Shown: positions 1 through 11,676, numbered from the stretch's first letter. The stretch is 64,000 bases of DNA from Chloroflexota bacterium (GCA_037440625.1 JBBITT010000010.1:15696-79695); one strand, 5' to 3'. Notes: generated by a model not told the origin, from the letters alone. Made by a program: numbers and translations.

Positions 1-1435
<1,435 letters not shown>

Positions 1436-1459
1436 AATCAACGCATCAATTCACTGACG

Positions 1460-1486
1460 ATGGGCGAGATCGAGTATCTCGCCTAT
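1460..1486 (+). terminator. Stem-loop just after gyrB
   Basis: GGGCGAGAT-cgagt-ATCTCGCCT inverted repeat about 25 nt after the stop; weak U-tract. Confidence 0.5.
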
Positions 1487-1584
1487 TGTGGGGAGGACAA
1501 GGATGCTTGGTGTACTTGCCCGGTCCGTTGATTCCAATTTTGGTGCAAGCATTTGCTCAACGGACATTGGATGTTTGAAAAATC

Positions 1585-1620
1585 AAACCGGCGATGGAAC
1601 ATCCCATCGCCGGTTTTTTG
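1585..1620. terminator. Probable bidirectional intrinsic terminator between convergent gyrB and the DASS gene
   Basis: AAACCGGCGATGG (1585-1597) pairs with CCATCGCCGGTTT (1604-1616); T-run on the + side and A-rich on the other. Confidence 0.8.
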
Positions 1621-1632
1621 TAAGGTATTCAA

Positions 1633-3099
1633 TTAAAGTTTGATTGAAGTGAGATATGGGATGCCAATCACGAGCAAGGCAACCAAGAAAATCACGCCAA
1701 AGATCAGACCCAGTTTCCAGAAATCAGTGCGCGAGATATAGCCGCTACCATAGTACACCGGGGCAGGCCCAGTGGCGTAGGGGGTGATGACGCCCATCAA
1801 GCCAAGTGCATAGACGCAAAGCAACGCAAACGGCATCACTAGATTGGCGGGCAACAGTTTGATGCCAACGCCCAACACGAGGGGCAAAACCGCGCTGGTG
1901 TGTGCGCTCAGCGAAGCAAAGAAATAGTGAATGAAGAAGAACAGCGCAACCAGCAATGCCAAGACCAGCATCGGATCCAAACCTTTAAGAGGTTGCGAGG
2001 CGAGATCGGCAAACCAGCGGACGAACCCTACCAGATTCAAGCCGTTTGCCAACGTTACCAACGTGGCGAACCAGACCAGTACATTCCACGCCGCTTTGTT
2101 TGCCAGGATTTCGTCCCAGGTTACAATGTTGGTGACCAGCATCAAGGCGATACCTATCAACACCACGGTAGTAGCGTTGATAAAATTCTTGCCCAAGTAA
2201 GGGAGTTCGATCAAGTCATTGGAGCCGGTGATCCACAGGAAAATAGCAAGGACGACCAAGCCCACCATGACGAGTTCTTTGGTGGTAACCTTACCGAGTT
2301 TACCGAGTTCCTGGTTTGCCCACGCTGGAATTTCTTTACTCGATTTGATTTCGGGTGGGTAGAGCCAATAGACCAGCCAGGGAACCAGCCCAATCAGAAC
2401 GATGCCGACGGGGAGGAATCCTTGGGCGTACTGTAGCCAGTTGACATCAATCTTGGCTGTGCTTTTGACAATCGCGAGTGCGGCGGCAGTTGGGGCGAGC
2501 GAGGTGATGAACATCGAAGAGGTGACACAAGTCGCCGCGAACGCAACCCACATGATGTACGAACCGATCTTGCGCGAGGTCGTATTGTTCGGTTCAGAAC
2601 CATACAATGCCGGGATGTTCCGAATGACCGGGAAAATTGTGCCGGCACTGCGCGCCGTGTTCGAGGGTGTCCCCGGCGCAAGGATGAGGTCTGCCAACGT
2701 GATCGCGTAACCTAGCCCCAGCGTGCGTCCTCCCAGCCAGCGCACCAACATCAACGCGATGCGGCGTCCCAAGCCAGTTTTGTTGTACCCCATCGAAAAC
2801 ACGAACGCGCCAAAGATGAGCCACACGGTTGTGTCTGCAAAACCGGCCAGTGCCCAGCTGATGGATTGACCGATGTTCGCATTGACGTAGCGCATGGCGG
2901 CGGCAAACGTCACACCAATCAACCCAACCGCGGCAGCAGGAATCGGTTCCAGAACCAAGCCAAGAATCACGGCGACGAAGAGGGCAAAGTAAAGCCACGC
3001 ACTCATCGTCAACCCCGTGGGCGCGCCAAAGGCATAGCCATAGATCATCAGCACTGCCCACACCGCGAGTGGAATGACAACTTTCCAATTGAGTTTCAT
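1633..3099 (-). CDS. DASS family anion transporter (CitT/TtdT-like)
   Basis: Polytopic membrane protein with KTGLGRRIAL, PSNTARS, HYFFASLSAH and ITPYATGP. Start set at MKLNWK after a GGAGG RBS. Confidence 0.9.
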   Translation of the reverse strand: MKLNWKVVIPLAVWAVLMIYGYAFGAPTGLTMSAWLYFALFVAVILGLVLEPIPAAAVGLIGVTFAAAMRYVNANIGQSISWALAGFADTTVWLIFGAFVFSMGYNKTGLGRRIALMLVRWLGGRTLGLGYAITLADLILAPGTPSNTARSAGTIFPVIRNIPALYGSEPNNTTSRKIGSYIMWVAFAATCVTSSMFITSLAPTAAALAIVKSTAKIDVNWLQYAQGFLPVGIVLIGLVPWLVYWLYPPEIKSSKEIPAWANQELGKLGKVTTKELVMVGLVVLAIFLWITGSNDLIELPYLGKNFINATTVVLIGIALMLVTNIVTWDEILANKAAWNVLVWFATLVTLANGLNLVGFVRWFADLASQPLKGLDPMLVLALLVALFFFIHYFFASLSAHTSAVLPLVLGVGIKLLPANLVMPFALLCVYALGLMGVITPYATGPAPVYYGSGYISRTDFWKLGLIFGVIFLVALLVIGIPYLTSIKL

Positions 3100-3326
3100 T
3101 TCTCCTCCATGAGAATGAATTATTCTTTCTGCTTGCTCAAGGCAAGCGAGAATCCCGGTACAACAAAAATGCCTCTCAGCGGGGAGAGGCATTCGCCACC
3201 TTGCAATACAAGCAATGATGAGTGCGTCATCGCACATTTTCAATTCCATTTTACTCGCTCACCACCAATCCGTCAAATTTGTTCCCCCAACGCTACCCTG
3301 AATTCCGTTGGTTTCTATTCTCAAAA

Positions 3327-3371
3327 TTCACAATGAGGCACTTTGGTAGTTTGTGAAATCTGTTATATAAT
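3327..3371 (+). promoter_or_regulatory. Sigma70-like promoter of the BMP ABC operon overlapped by an inverted repeat
   Basis: TTGGTA (3343-3348)-17 nt-TATAAT (3366-3371); TTCACAA (3327-3333)-17 nt-TTGTGAA (3351-3357). Confidence 0.5.
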
Positions 3372-3533
3372 AGATAGGGTAAACCTCTTGTAACCTTTCT
3401 GACCGGTTTCCCCTCAACAATCGAAAGGGCTGTCCAAAGCCGTACAGCGATGAGAGGAGGTGGTGCCGCAAGCCCATCGTATCACCGAGATGCTCGAGGT
3501 AGAGATCAAACATTTTTTCAAGGAGGAGAAAGA

Positions 3534-4586
3534 ATGCGTTCCCGATTATTTGTTGTGTTCATGTTTGCGTTATTGCTGGCAATCGTCTTGAGCGGTTGCG
3601 GCGGCGCAGCACCTGCGGCTAAACTCAAAGTAGGATTGGTTACTGATGTGGGTGGTGTGAACGACAAGTCCTTCAACCAATCCGCTTGGGAAGGCACGCA
3701 AAAAGCGGCGAAGGAATTGGGTTGGGATGCCAAGTTCATCGAATCCAAGCAACCCACCGACTATGAAAAGAACATTGACCAGTTCGCCACCGAAAAGTAC
3801 GATGTCATCATCACGGTCGGTTTCTTGATGGGCGATGCAACGGCCATCAAAGCGAAGCAATATCCTAACATCAAGTTTGCGATTGTGGACTATGCGTACT
3901 TTCCGACCAAGGGTGTGGCTTACTGCGATGACACCAAGAAAGACTGCTACGATGATGGCGGGCTGAAGAACGTTACCTCGTTGATGTTCCAAGAAGACCA
4001 AGTCGGTTTCCTCGCCGGTGTGTTAGCCGGTGGTATGACCAAGACCGGGGTGGTCTGCACCGTCTCGGGTATGGAAATTCCGCCGGTGGTTCGCTTTGTC
4101 GTCGGTTTCCAGAACGGCGCCAAGTGGATCAAGCCCGATGTCAAGCCGTTGAATGTCTATATTCCCTCGTTCACCGATCCTGCCAAGGGTAAAGAAACCG
4201 GACAATCAATGATTGCCCAAGGTTGTGATGTGGTCTTTGGCGTGGGTGGTAACACCGGCAACGGTGGTTTGCTCGCCGCCAAGGAAAAGGGCTTGATGGC
4301 GATTGGCGTGGACGTGGATCAATACAACACGTATCCCGAAGTCAAGGATGCCTTGTTGAGCAGTGCCGCCAAGAATGTGGATGTGGCGGTATACAATTTC
4401 CTCAAGTCCGTCAACGACAAGACCGTCAAAGCCGGCATTCTGACCGCCAATCTCCAGAATGGTGGCGTAGGGCTTGCCCCGTTCCACGATTGGGACAGCA
4501 AGATTCCGCAAACGGTCAAGGACAAGATCAAGCAAGCTACCGAAGACCTCAAGAGCGGAAAACTCCAGACCGGTTACAAGCCATAA
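3534..4586 (+). CDS. BMP family ABC transporter substrate-binding lipoprotein (probably nucleoside/purine)
   Basis: Lipobox LSGC, DVGGVNDKSFNQSAWEG and IGVDVDQ motifs; AGGAGG RBS. Confidence 0.92.
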   Translation: MRSRLFVVFMFALLLAIVLSGCGGAAPAAKLKVGLVTDVGGVNDKSFNQSAWEGTQKAAKELGWDAKFIESKQPTDYEKNIDQFATEKYDVIITVGFLMGDATAIKAKQYPNIKFAIVDYAYFPTKGVAYCDDTKKDCYDDGGLKNVTSLMFQEDQVGFLAGVLAGGMTKTGVVCTVSGMEIPPVVRFVVGFQNGAKWIKPDVKPLNVYIPSFTDPAKGKETGQSMIAQGCDVVFGVGGNTGNGGLLAAKEKGLMAIGVDVDQYNTYPEVKDALLSSAAKNVDVAVYNFLKSVNDKTVKAGILTANLQNGGVGLAPFHDWDSKIPQTVKDKIKQATEDLKSGKLQTGYKP

Positions 4587-4608
4587 CTTGCACGATACGC
4601 ATGCAACA

Positions 4609-4641
4609 GGGTGCTATGCCAATCGGCATAGCACCCATTTT
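4609..4641 (+). terminator. Intercistronic stem-loop after the binding-protein gene
   Basis: Perfect 12-bp stem GGGTGCTATGCC-aatc-GGCATAGCACCC followed by ATTTT. Confidence 0.75.
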
Positions 4642-4733
4642 ACAAGAACCTGATCTGACACTCGTTTTATTCCAGAGGATTCCTTTTCCTCAATTATGAT
4701 CTTTTGTTCCAATTCACTTGTCGAGGAGAAAGC

Positions 4734-6326
4734 ATGACCACCGTCTTGCCCCAAGCAAGCACAACTAGCCCTCCCGATTCGATGATCCCGGTTCTGCAAG
4801 CCGTCGGCATCACCAAGCGTTTTCCTGGGGTGTTAGCCAATGATCACGTTCATTTCGATTTGCGCCCCGGCGAGATTCACGGGCTGCTCGGCGAGAATGG
4901 TGCCGGCAAGTCCACGTTGATGAATATTCTCTACGGTTTGTACCAGCCCGATGAAGGAGAGATTCGCATCAATGGACGCTCCACTCGCATTACGAGTCCC
5001 CACGATGCGATTGCGCAAGGCATCGGTATGGTGCACCAGCATTTTATGCTCGTGCCACCGCTCACCGTAACTGAAAATATCATCTTGGGTCAAGAATCGT
5101 TGCAACCCGCTACTCGATTTATGGGACAATTATCCGCGCTCGATCGGCGCACGGCGGCGCAACGCATTCGCGAACTTTCGCACCAATATCGCCTGGATGT
5201 GGATCCCGATGCCTATATCAAAGATCTCCCGGTTGGGCTGCAACAACGCGTGGAAATTGTCAAAGCCTTGTATCGTCGCGCCGAGATTCTGATTTTGGAT
5301 GAGCCCACGGCAGTCTTGACGCCGCAAGAAGCCGATGAACTCTTTGTCATCATGAAAGAGTTGGTGCGGCAAGGTAAATCTATTGTTTTCATCACACACA
5401 AGTTGCGGGAGATGTTCGCGGTGACGGATCGTATTAGCGTTATGCGTGCTGGCAAAATGATTGGCACCGTAACACCCCAAACCGCCACCTCTGAAATGCT
5501 CGCCGAAATGATGGTGGGGCGCAAAGTGATTTTGCAGATTGACAAATCGCCCGCCCATCCCGGCAATACGGTTTTGCGGGTTGAGAATTTGCAGGTGCAG
5601 GACGATCGGCATGCGACAACGGTGCAAGATGTTTCTTTTGAGGTACGGGAAGGGGAGATTCTGGGCATTGCGGGTGTGCAGGGCAACGGGCAACGCGAAT
5701 TGGTCGAAGCGTTGACTGGCTTGCGACGGGTCGTAAGCGGCCGAGTCATTTTGTTGGGCAAAGAGGTAACCCATGCCATGCCGCGCCGCATTACCGAGTT
5801 GGGCACCGGGCATGTTCCCGAAGATCGCCACAAGCATGGGTTGGTGCTTTCATTTCCAGTGCGGGACAATTTGGTGTTGTGCACCTATTATCAACCGCCG
5901 TTTGCACGCGGCTTGGAAATCGACGAGTATGCCATTGCCGAACGGAGTCAGAAATTGGTTGCCGAGTTTGATGTACGGACGCCCAGTATACGCACGACCG
6001 CGGGGTCGCTCTCCGGGGGCAATCAACAAAAAGTGATTGTCGCGCGCGAACTCGATCGCCCGGTAAAATTACTCATCGTCAATCAACCCACGCGCGGCTT
6101 GGATGTTGGTTCGATTGAATTCATTCATCGGCGGATTGTGCAGGCGCGCGATCGTGGGACGGCGGTGCTTCTTGTCTCAGCGGAATTGGATGAAATCATG
6201 TCGTTAGCCGATCGGATTGCGGTAATGTATAAAGGACGTATTTTAGAGACCCTGGAGGCAGGTGCCGCCACACGCGAACAACTGGGTTTGTTGATGGCAG
6301 GTGTCAAAGGGGGCGTCCATGTCTAG
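4734..6326 (+). CDS. ABC transporter ATP-binding protein with two NBDs (NupA/YufO-like)
   Basis: GENGAGKST, LILDEPT, LSGGNQQK and NQPTRGLD; GAGGAG RBS before MTTVLP. Confidence 0.93.
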   Translation: MTTVLPQASTTSPPDSMIPVLQAVGITKRFPGVLANDHVHFDLRPGEIHGLLGENGAGKSTLMNILYGLYQPDEGEIRINGRSTRITSPHDAIAQGIGMVHQHFMLVPPLTVTENIILGQESLQPATRFMGQLSALDRRTAAQRIRELSHQYRLDVDPDAYIKDLPVGLQQRVEIVKALYRRAEILILDEPTAVLTPQEADELFVIMKELVRQGKSIVFITHKLREMFAVTDRISVMRAGKMIGTVTPQTATSEMLAEMMVGRKVILQIDKSPAHPGNTVLRVENLQVQDDRHATTVQDVSFEVREGEILGIAGVQGNGQRELVEALTGLRRVVSGRVILLGKEVTHAMPRRITELGTGHVPEDRHKHGLVLSFPVRDNLVLCTYYQPPFARGLEIDEYAIAERSQKLVAEFDVRTPSIRTTAGSLSGGNQQKVIVARELDRPVKLLIVNQPTRGLDVGSIEFIHRRIVQARDRGTAVLLVSAELDEIMSLADRIAVMYKGRILETLEAGAATREQLGLLMAGVKGGVHV

Positions 6327-7683
6327 CATCACCGAAACCGGCGCCCGCCGCGCTCCTGGGCTGGCGATCCTCCTTCGCTGGCTGGATGTGCTGAGTATGC
6401 CCGCCCTTGCCATCCTGTTAGGGTTTGCTGGTGGCGCCATCATCATTTGGATTACTAGTGGTAGTTTGGAAACGGTTGGCGCGGCATATCTGGGAATGAT
6501 TAACGGAGCGTTTTTTAAAACGCGTGGTTTTTCAGAAACACTGGTGGCGATGACGCCGTACGTCTTTCTTGGACTGGGACTTGCCGTAGGATTCAAAGCG
6601 GGCTTGTTCAACATTGGTGCCGAAGGACAGTTTTACATTGGCGCCATTGGTGCCGTCTGGGCTGGGATTGCCTTCACCGGTCTGCCAACTTTTATTCATC
6701 TCCCACTCGTCATTCTTGCCGGCGCGTTGGGCGGAGCGATCTGGGCGGGCATCCCGGCACTCCTCAAGGTGCGCACCGGGGCACACGAAGTCATCACCAC
6801 GATGATGATGAATTATATCGCGTTTCGTCTGACCGAGTATCTGGTCAGTTATCCTTTGCGCGATACTAAATCGAGTGCGGTGCAAACGTTGCGCGTCTCA
6901 CCGAACGCCGAACTATGGTCGTTGCATCAAATCCCAGAACGTTTGCAAGACCCCTTTAACGCCTTGTTTGTCGCGCTGGTGTTTGCCTTTATCGCTTGGA
7001 CGTTAACCGAATGGACATTTTTGCAACCTAGGTGGATCAAACGCTTGACTTGGTTGCAAAGGCATGGCATTGCCGTCGGCATTGGCGTCGGCATAGGGTT
7101 GGTTACTTTGGTGGGCTTGCCACCGCTCACCCATCTTTGGTGGCCCATCACCGATCCATACGACCGGATGCACATTGGCATCTTTCTCGCGCTGATCGCC
7201 GCGGTGGCAGTGTGGCGATTGATGTGGAAGACGACGATTGGGTTTGAGATGCGCACGGTAGGCGCCAATCCCGATGCCGCCAAGTACGCCGGCATTCATA
7301 GCGCGCGCGTCATCATCATCACGATGCTCATCTCGGGTGGGTTGGCGGGGATTGCCGGCACCATCGAAGTGCTGGGCGTTTCGATTTGTCGTTGTCTGCC
7401 GTTGTTCTTTTCAAGCGGTTATGGTTTTGACAGCATCGCGATTGCCCTCATCGCCAAGAATCATCCCTTTGGCATCTTGGGTGCGGCATTTCTGTTTGGC
7501 GCAATGCGCAATGGAGCGGATCTAATGGAGTTGCAATCGGGAGTTAGCAAATATGTCATTGCCCTGATCCAGGCGTTGGTGCTCTTGTTCGTTGCCGCGC
7601 CGGCGATGGTGCGCTATCTGTTGCGAATGAAAGCGGCGCGGGAGGTCGAAATCGAACCGCTGACCCGCGGGTGGGGAGGATAA
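6319..7683 (+). CDS. ABC transporter permease (BPD_transp_2 type)
   Basis: GLFNIGAEGQ, HEVITTMMMN, GANPDAAKYAG and YGFDSIAIAL; overlaps the ATPase stop. Confidence 0.9.
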   Translation: MSSITETGARRAPGLAILLRWLDVLSMPALAILLGFAGGAIIIWITSGSLETVGAAYLGMINGAFFKTRGFSETLVAMTPYVFLGLGLAVGFKAGLFNIGAEGQFYIGAIGAVWAGIAFTGLPTFIHLPLVILAGALGGAIWAGIPALLKVRTGAHEVITTMMMNYIAFRLTEYLVSYPLRDTKSSAVQTLRVSPNAELWSLHQIPERLQDPFNALFVALVFAFIAWTLTEWTFLQPRWIKRLTWLQRHGIAVGIGVGIGLVTLVGLPPLTHLWWPITDPYDRMHIGIFLALIAAVAVWRLMWKTTIGFEMRTVGANPDAAKYAGIHSARVIIITMLISGGLAGIAGTIEVLGVSICRCLPLFFSSGYGFDSIAIALIAKNHPFGILGAAFLFGAMRNGADLMELQSGVSKYVIALIQALVLLFVAAPAMVRYLLRMKAAREVEIEPLTRGWGG

Positions 7684-7684
7684 G

Positions 7685-8791
7685 GTGAGTAACTCAGCTA
7701 TGGCAGTTCCCCCCCAACGCAAGGGGTTGATCAATTATCGCCAAGTCATCAATTTGATTTTTGGCATCGCGGCGGCAGTGGCGTTTTATCTGGTGTTTAA
7801 CGCCATGATCGGTGGTCAATGCGATGCACGATGTGTGATTGGAACATTGAATCAAACGATTCGCTACGCCGCGCCGGTGGCGTTGGCGGCGTACTGCGGC
7901 TTGATGTGCGAGCGTGCCGCCGTGATCAACATTGGGATCGAAGGTATGATGTTGATGGGTGCGATGGTGGCATACGGCGTCAATGTGTATGCTTTTACCT
8001 GGATGAAGACCACCGGCGTTGATGTGGTGGTTGCCGGCGAAATCAGTCGTTGGTTAGCCCTTGGCTTGGCGGTATCAGCCAGTGGCTTGCTGGCTTTGTT
8101 GCACGGAGTGGTTTCCATCCGCTTCAAGTCCGATCAAATCATCAGCGGAACCGTGATCAATATTCTTGCCATCGGCATCACCGGTTATTTCTATCGCCAA
8201 TATCTCGCGCAAAATATTCCGCCGGGACCCGGCACCTTTCCCCCTTTCGATATTCCCCTCTTGGCGCAAATCCCAGTGCTAGGACCCATTATCTTTGCCG
8301 GGCAAAAACCGATCGTCTATTTTATGATTCTGGTAACGTTGTTGATTCACTATGTCCTGTTCTACACGCCTTGGGGGTTGCGCACGCGTGCGGTCGGCGA
8401 GAATCCGCGCGCGGCAGACACATTGGGCATTGATGTTTTCCGGGTGCGCTATATCAATGTTTTGTTGGGCGGCTTGCTGGCAGGTTTTGGCGGTGCATGG
8501 TTTACCTTGGAAGCGGTGGATGTGTTCAATCCATTGATGACGAATGGGCTAGGATTCATCGGGCTGGCGGCGATGATCTTTGGCAACTGGACGCCGTTCG
8601 GCGCGTTGGCTGGTGCATTGATCTTTGGTTTGGGCAATACAATCACCACCACCCTAAGTTTCAATCGCCCTGACATTCCATCGCAGTTTCCGCAAATGTT
8701 GCCGTACGTGTTGACGATTCTGGTGCTCACCGGCTTTGTCGGTCGGGCGGTTCCGCCGGCAGCAGACGGACAACCGTACGAAAAACAATAA
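7685..8791 (+). CDS. ABC transporter permease (second subunit)
   Basis: ERAAVINIGIEG, GLRTRAVGENP, GFIGLAAMIFG and PYVLT; start is GTG 7685 or ATG 7700. Confidence 0.9.
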   Translation: MSNSAMAVPPQRKGLINYRQVINLIFGIAAAVAFYLVFNAMIGGQCDARCVIGTLNQTIRYAAPVALAAYCGLMCERAAVINIGIEGMMLMGAMVAYGVNVYAFTWMKTTGVDVVVAGEISRWLALGLAVSASGLLALLHGVVSIRFKSDQIISGTVINILAIGITGYFYRQYLAQNIPPGPGTFPPFDIPLLAQIPVLGPIIFAGQKPIVYFMILVTLLIHYVLFYTPWGLRTRAVGENPRAADTLGIDVFRVRYINVLLGGLLAGFGGAWFTLEAVDVFNPLMTNGLGFIGLAAMIFGNWTPFGALAGALIFGLGNTITTTLSFNRPDIPSQFPQMLPYVLTILVLTGFVGRAVPPAADGQPYEKQ

Positions 8792-8822
8792 GCGAGTTTG
8801 TGTGAATCCATCACTTGCATCA

Positions 8823-10004
8823 ATGGCGAGGAGGCAAGTACTCCTCGCCACACTTTTGGGGGCGGTGTTGGGTGCGGCACTTGGGGTATTCTTGATTGTC
8901 CAAGTTGCCAGTTCGAATCATACTCAACCTCTGCCGCCCACACCCTCAAATATTTCTTTGGTCGCGCCACCCTCTCCATCGCCTCGTCCGACCGCAATTG
9001 AAACGGTCATTCCTCCAACCGCAACATCAACATTGCGTCCGCCAACTCGCACGCCTACGCGCGCGCCAACCTCCGGCGCCGATGTGCGCGCCATCCAGCC
9101 GAGCATCCTTTTGCGCGGGCTGCGGCACGAATATCAAAAGTTCAACAATTGCGGTCCAACTACACTCGCGATGAATCTCAGTTACTTTGGACTTGAAGAC
9201 ACGCAAGCCGATGTCGCCGCGATTACCAAACCGAATCCGCAAGACAAAAATGTGCGTCCCGACGAGATGGCGGCATACGCCAGCCGCGTTGGTTTGCGCA
9301 CAATCGTTCGCGTCAATGGCACATTCGATCAACTCCAGTTGTTTGTGTCGAACGATCTGCCGGTGATCATCGAAACCGGGCTGGTCAAAGAGCCGCAGGG
9401 TTGGATGGGACACTATCGTTTGGTGATTGGGTACGATGCCAAGCAAATCACGACGATGGATTCGTACGATGGTCCCAGCGTTAAAATTGCATACGCCGAT
9501 GGGGACGTGTTGTGGCGACAATTTAACCGGCTCTACATCGTTGTGTATTCACCGCAACAAGAAACACTTGTCCGTGCGATCCTGGGGAACGCACGCGACG
9601 ATCAAACGATGTACGCTCAAGCGGTGGCGCGTGCGCGCGCCGAAATCGAACACGATGCGCAAGACGCTTTTGCGCGATTCAACCTGGGGACTAGTTTGGT
9701 TGGCTTGAAACGCTACGCCGAGGCGGCAACTGAATTTGATCGGGCGCGCGCCCAAGGTTTGCCCTGGCGAATGATGTGGTACCAGTTCGAGCCATTCGAG
9801 GCGTACTTGCAAACCCAACAATACGATCAAGCGTTGACGTTAGCCAATCAAGTTTTGAGCCAAGCGCCAGACCTTGAAGAAGCGTACTATTACAAAGGTC
9901 TGGCATTGCGCGGATTGGGACGCGAAGCGGAGGCGCGCCAAGCATTTCAAGCCGCGCTCCAGGACAATCCAAATTATAACGCGGCACAACGTGCGTTGAA
10001 ATAA
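8823..10004 (+). CDS. Membrane-anchored C39-like cysteine peptidase with C-terminal TPRs
   Basis: TM helix, Pro/Thr linker, Q-x-x-NNCGP, GHYRLVIGYD and D-SY-GP triad pattern; TPR-like repeats (ARFNLG, AYYYKG, DNPNY). Confidence 0.8.
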   Translation: MARRQVLLATLLGAVLGAALGVFLIVQVASSNHTQPLPPTPSNISLVAPPSPSPRPTAIETVIPPTATSTLRPPTRTPTRAPTSGADVRAIQPSILLRGLRHEYQKFNNCGPTTLAMNLSYFGLEDTQADVAAITKPNPQDKNVRPDEMAAYASRVGLRTIVRVNGTFDQLQLFVSNDLPVIIETGLVKEPQGWMGHYRLVIGYDAKQITTMDSYDGPSVKIAYADGDVLWRQFNRLYIVVYSPQQETLVRAILGNARDDQTMYAQAVARARAEIEHDAQDAFARFNLGTSLVGLKRYAEAATEFDRARAQGLPWRMMWYQFEPFEAYLQTQQYDQALTLANQVLSQAPDLEEAYYYKGLALRGLGREAEARQAFQAALQDNPNYNAAQRALK

Positions 10005-10013
10005 AAATTCGAT

Positions 10014-10042
10014 TTGACCCGGTTCGCCGCTTGGCGTACAAT
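10014..10042 (+). promoter_or_regulatory. Sigma70-like promoter, likely leaderless rqcH transcript
   Basis: TTGACC-17 nt-TACAAT; the ATG lies 8 nt after the -10 with no SD. Confidence 0.65.
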
Positions 10043-10050
10043 CCTCTGCG

Positions 10051-11676
10051 ATGTTTGACGCTACAACCCTTGCCGCCGTCGCCGATGAACTGAATGCAAA
10101 AATTTTGCACGGGCGCATTCAGGACATCGTTCAACTCGATGCGTTGACTTTGGGTTTTGAAATCTATTCACAGCATCAACGCCACTATCTTTACGTTACT
10201 GCACATCCCGACGACGCACGCGTGCATCTCGTTTCGCAAAAATTGCGCGGCACCGGCGAAACGCCTTCGCCATTACTCTTGCTCCTCCGCAAGTATGCCG
10301 AAAACGCTTTTATTCATTCGATCGTGCAACTCCCCCACGAACGTGTCCTCCAACTCCAACTCGATCATTCGGTTGAAGGCGTCTCAACGCTCGTCGTCGA
10401 AACGATTGGCAAATATTCCAACATTATTTTGCTTGATGCCGATGAGATGATTATTGATGCCGCCAAGCGCGTTACGTCAGCAATGAATCGTGTGCGCGTA
10501 ACGTTGCCTCGACACAAGTATGTGCCGCCGCCGTCGCAAAACAAACTCACGACCGTTACGCCCGCCAGTCTCGCACGCATTCTTGCCGATCATCCCGGCG
10601 AACCACTGTGGCGCGTTTTGGTGCAAACGATGGCGGGGATCAGTCCCTTGCTTGCGCGCGAGATTGAACATCGGGCTGGCGCGCAGAATGGTGAACGCAT
10701 TGTTGAGGTGTTGACGCAATTGACCCGCGCGCCGTGGCAACCGAGTGTGGCCTACGCAGAGGGTGAACCGGCGGCGTTTGCGCCATACTGGCTCACCCAA
10801 TTCACTGATGTTCGCGCGTGCGATTCGATGAGCCAAGCCATCGAAACATTTTATGGTGCGCCGGCATCCTACGCGGCGGTCAAGGAACCTCTGCGCGCGC
10901 AACTCGCCGAAACGCGAAATCGTCTAGCGCGCAAACGCGATGCGTTGGCGCAATCGCTTCCGCCCATCGAAGAAATCGAACGATTGCGCCTTTGCGGCGA
11001 AATGATTTTGGTGTATGCGGCGCAAATCCGCGTGCATCAATCTGTTCTGAAGGCAGAGACCGAAGCGGGCGAAATCGAGATTGCACTGGATCCAAATTTG
11101 TCAGCGATTGAGAATGCGCAAAAATATTTCAAAGAATATCATCGTGCTAAAGATGCGGCGGCGCGTGTGCCGGCATTGCTCGCCCAAGCCAACACAGAGG
11201 TTGAGTACGCGGAGCAAATGTTGAACGATTTGGAGTTGGCGGAGAATCGAGCGGAGATTGATGCGGTCATCGTCGCGGCGCGCGAAGCCGGGCTGTTGAC
11301 TGACGTGAGGCAAAAAATCAAAGCCCAGCCCAGCGCGCCGCACACTTTTACTTCGCGCGATGGCTTGACAATTTTGGTGGGCAAGAATGCGCGGCAGAAT
11401 GAAGAGCTTACCTTTCGCCGCGCGCGCGCCGATGATTTGTGGTTACATGCGCGCGGGGTTGCCGGCGCACATGTGATCATCGTGCGCGCCGGGCGCGAGA
11501 TTCCGGCCTCCACCATCGAAGAGGCGGCAAGGTTGGCGGTGCAGTACTCGCAAGCGCGGAATGATTCGGCGGCGGAGGTGATCGTAACGCCGCGCAAGCA
11601 TGTGCATCGCGTACGCGGAGGACGGGCGGGGATGGTGAGCGTGAAAACCAGTTCAATCGTGCGAATCGTTCAATAG
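10051..11676 (+). CDS. rqcH: NFACT family protein RqcH/FbpA (ribosome quality control)
   Basis: N-terminal FD, ERV..L, ETIGKYSNIIL, coiled coil with ENAQKYFK, and the NFACT-R motif GKNARQNEELT...DLWLHARGVAGAHV. Confidence 0.88.
   Translation: MFDATTLAAVADELNAKILHGRIQDIVQLDALTLGFEIYSQHQRHYLYVTAHPDDARVHLVSQKLRGTGETPSPLLLLLRKYAENAFIHSIVQLPHERVLQLQLDHSVEGVSTLVVETIGKYSNIILLDADEMIIDAAKRVTSAMNRVRVTLPRHKYVPPPSQNKLTTVTPASLARILADHPGEPLWRVLVQTMAGISPLLAREIEHRAGAQNGERIVEVLTQLTRAPWQPSVAYAEGEPAAFAPYWLTQFTDVRACDSMSQAIETFYGAPASYAAVKEPLRAQLAETRNRLARKRDALAQSLPPIEEIERLRLCGEMILVYAAQIRVHQSVLKAETEAGEIEIALDPNLSAIENAQKYFKEYHRAKDAAARVPALLAQANTEVEYAEQMLNDLELAENRAEIDAVIVAAREAGLLTDVRQKIKAQPSAPHTFTSRDGLTILVGKNARQNEELTFRRARADDLWLHARGVAGAHVIIVRAGREIPASTIEEAARLAVQYSQARNDSAAEVIVTPRKHVHRVRGGRAGMVSVKTSSIVRIVQ

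Noticed and set aside
3364-3430. Purine riboswitch resemblance (ATATAAT...TTTCTGACCGG) upstream of the BMP gene
   Set aside because: P2/P3 stems and loop consensus are missing, and the TATAAT is better explained as the -10 box.
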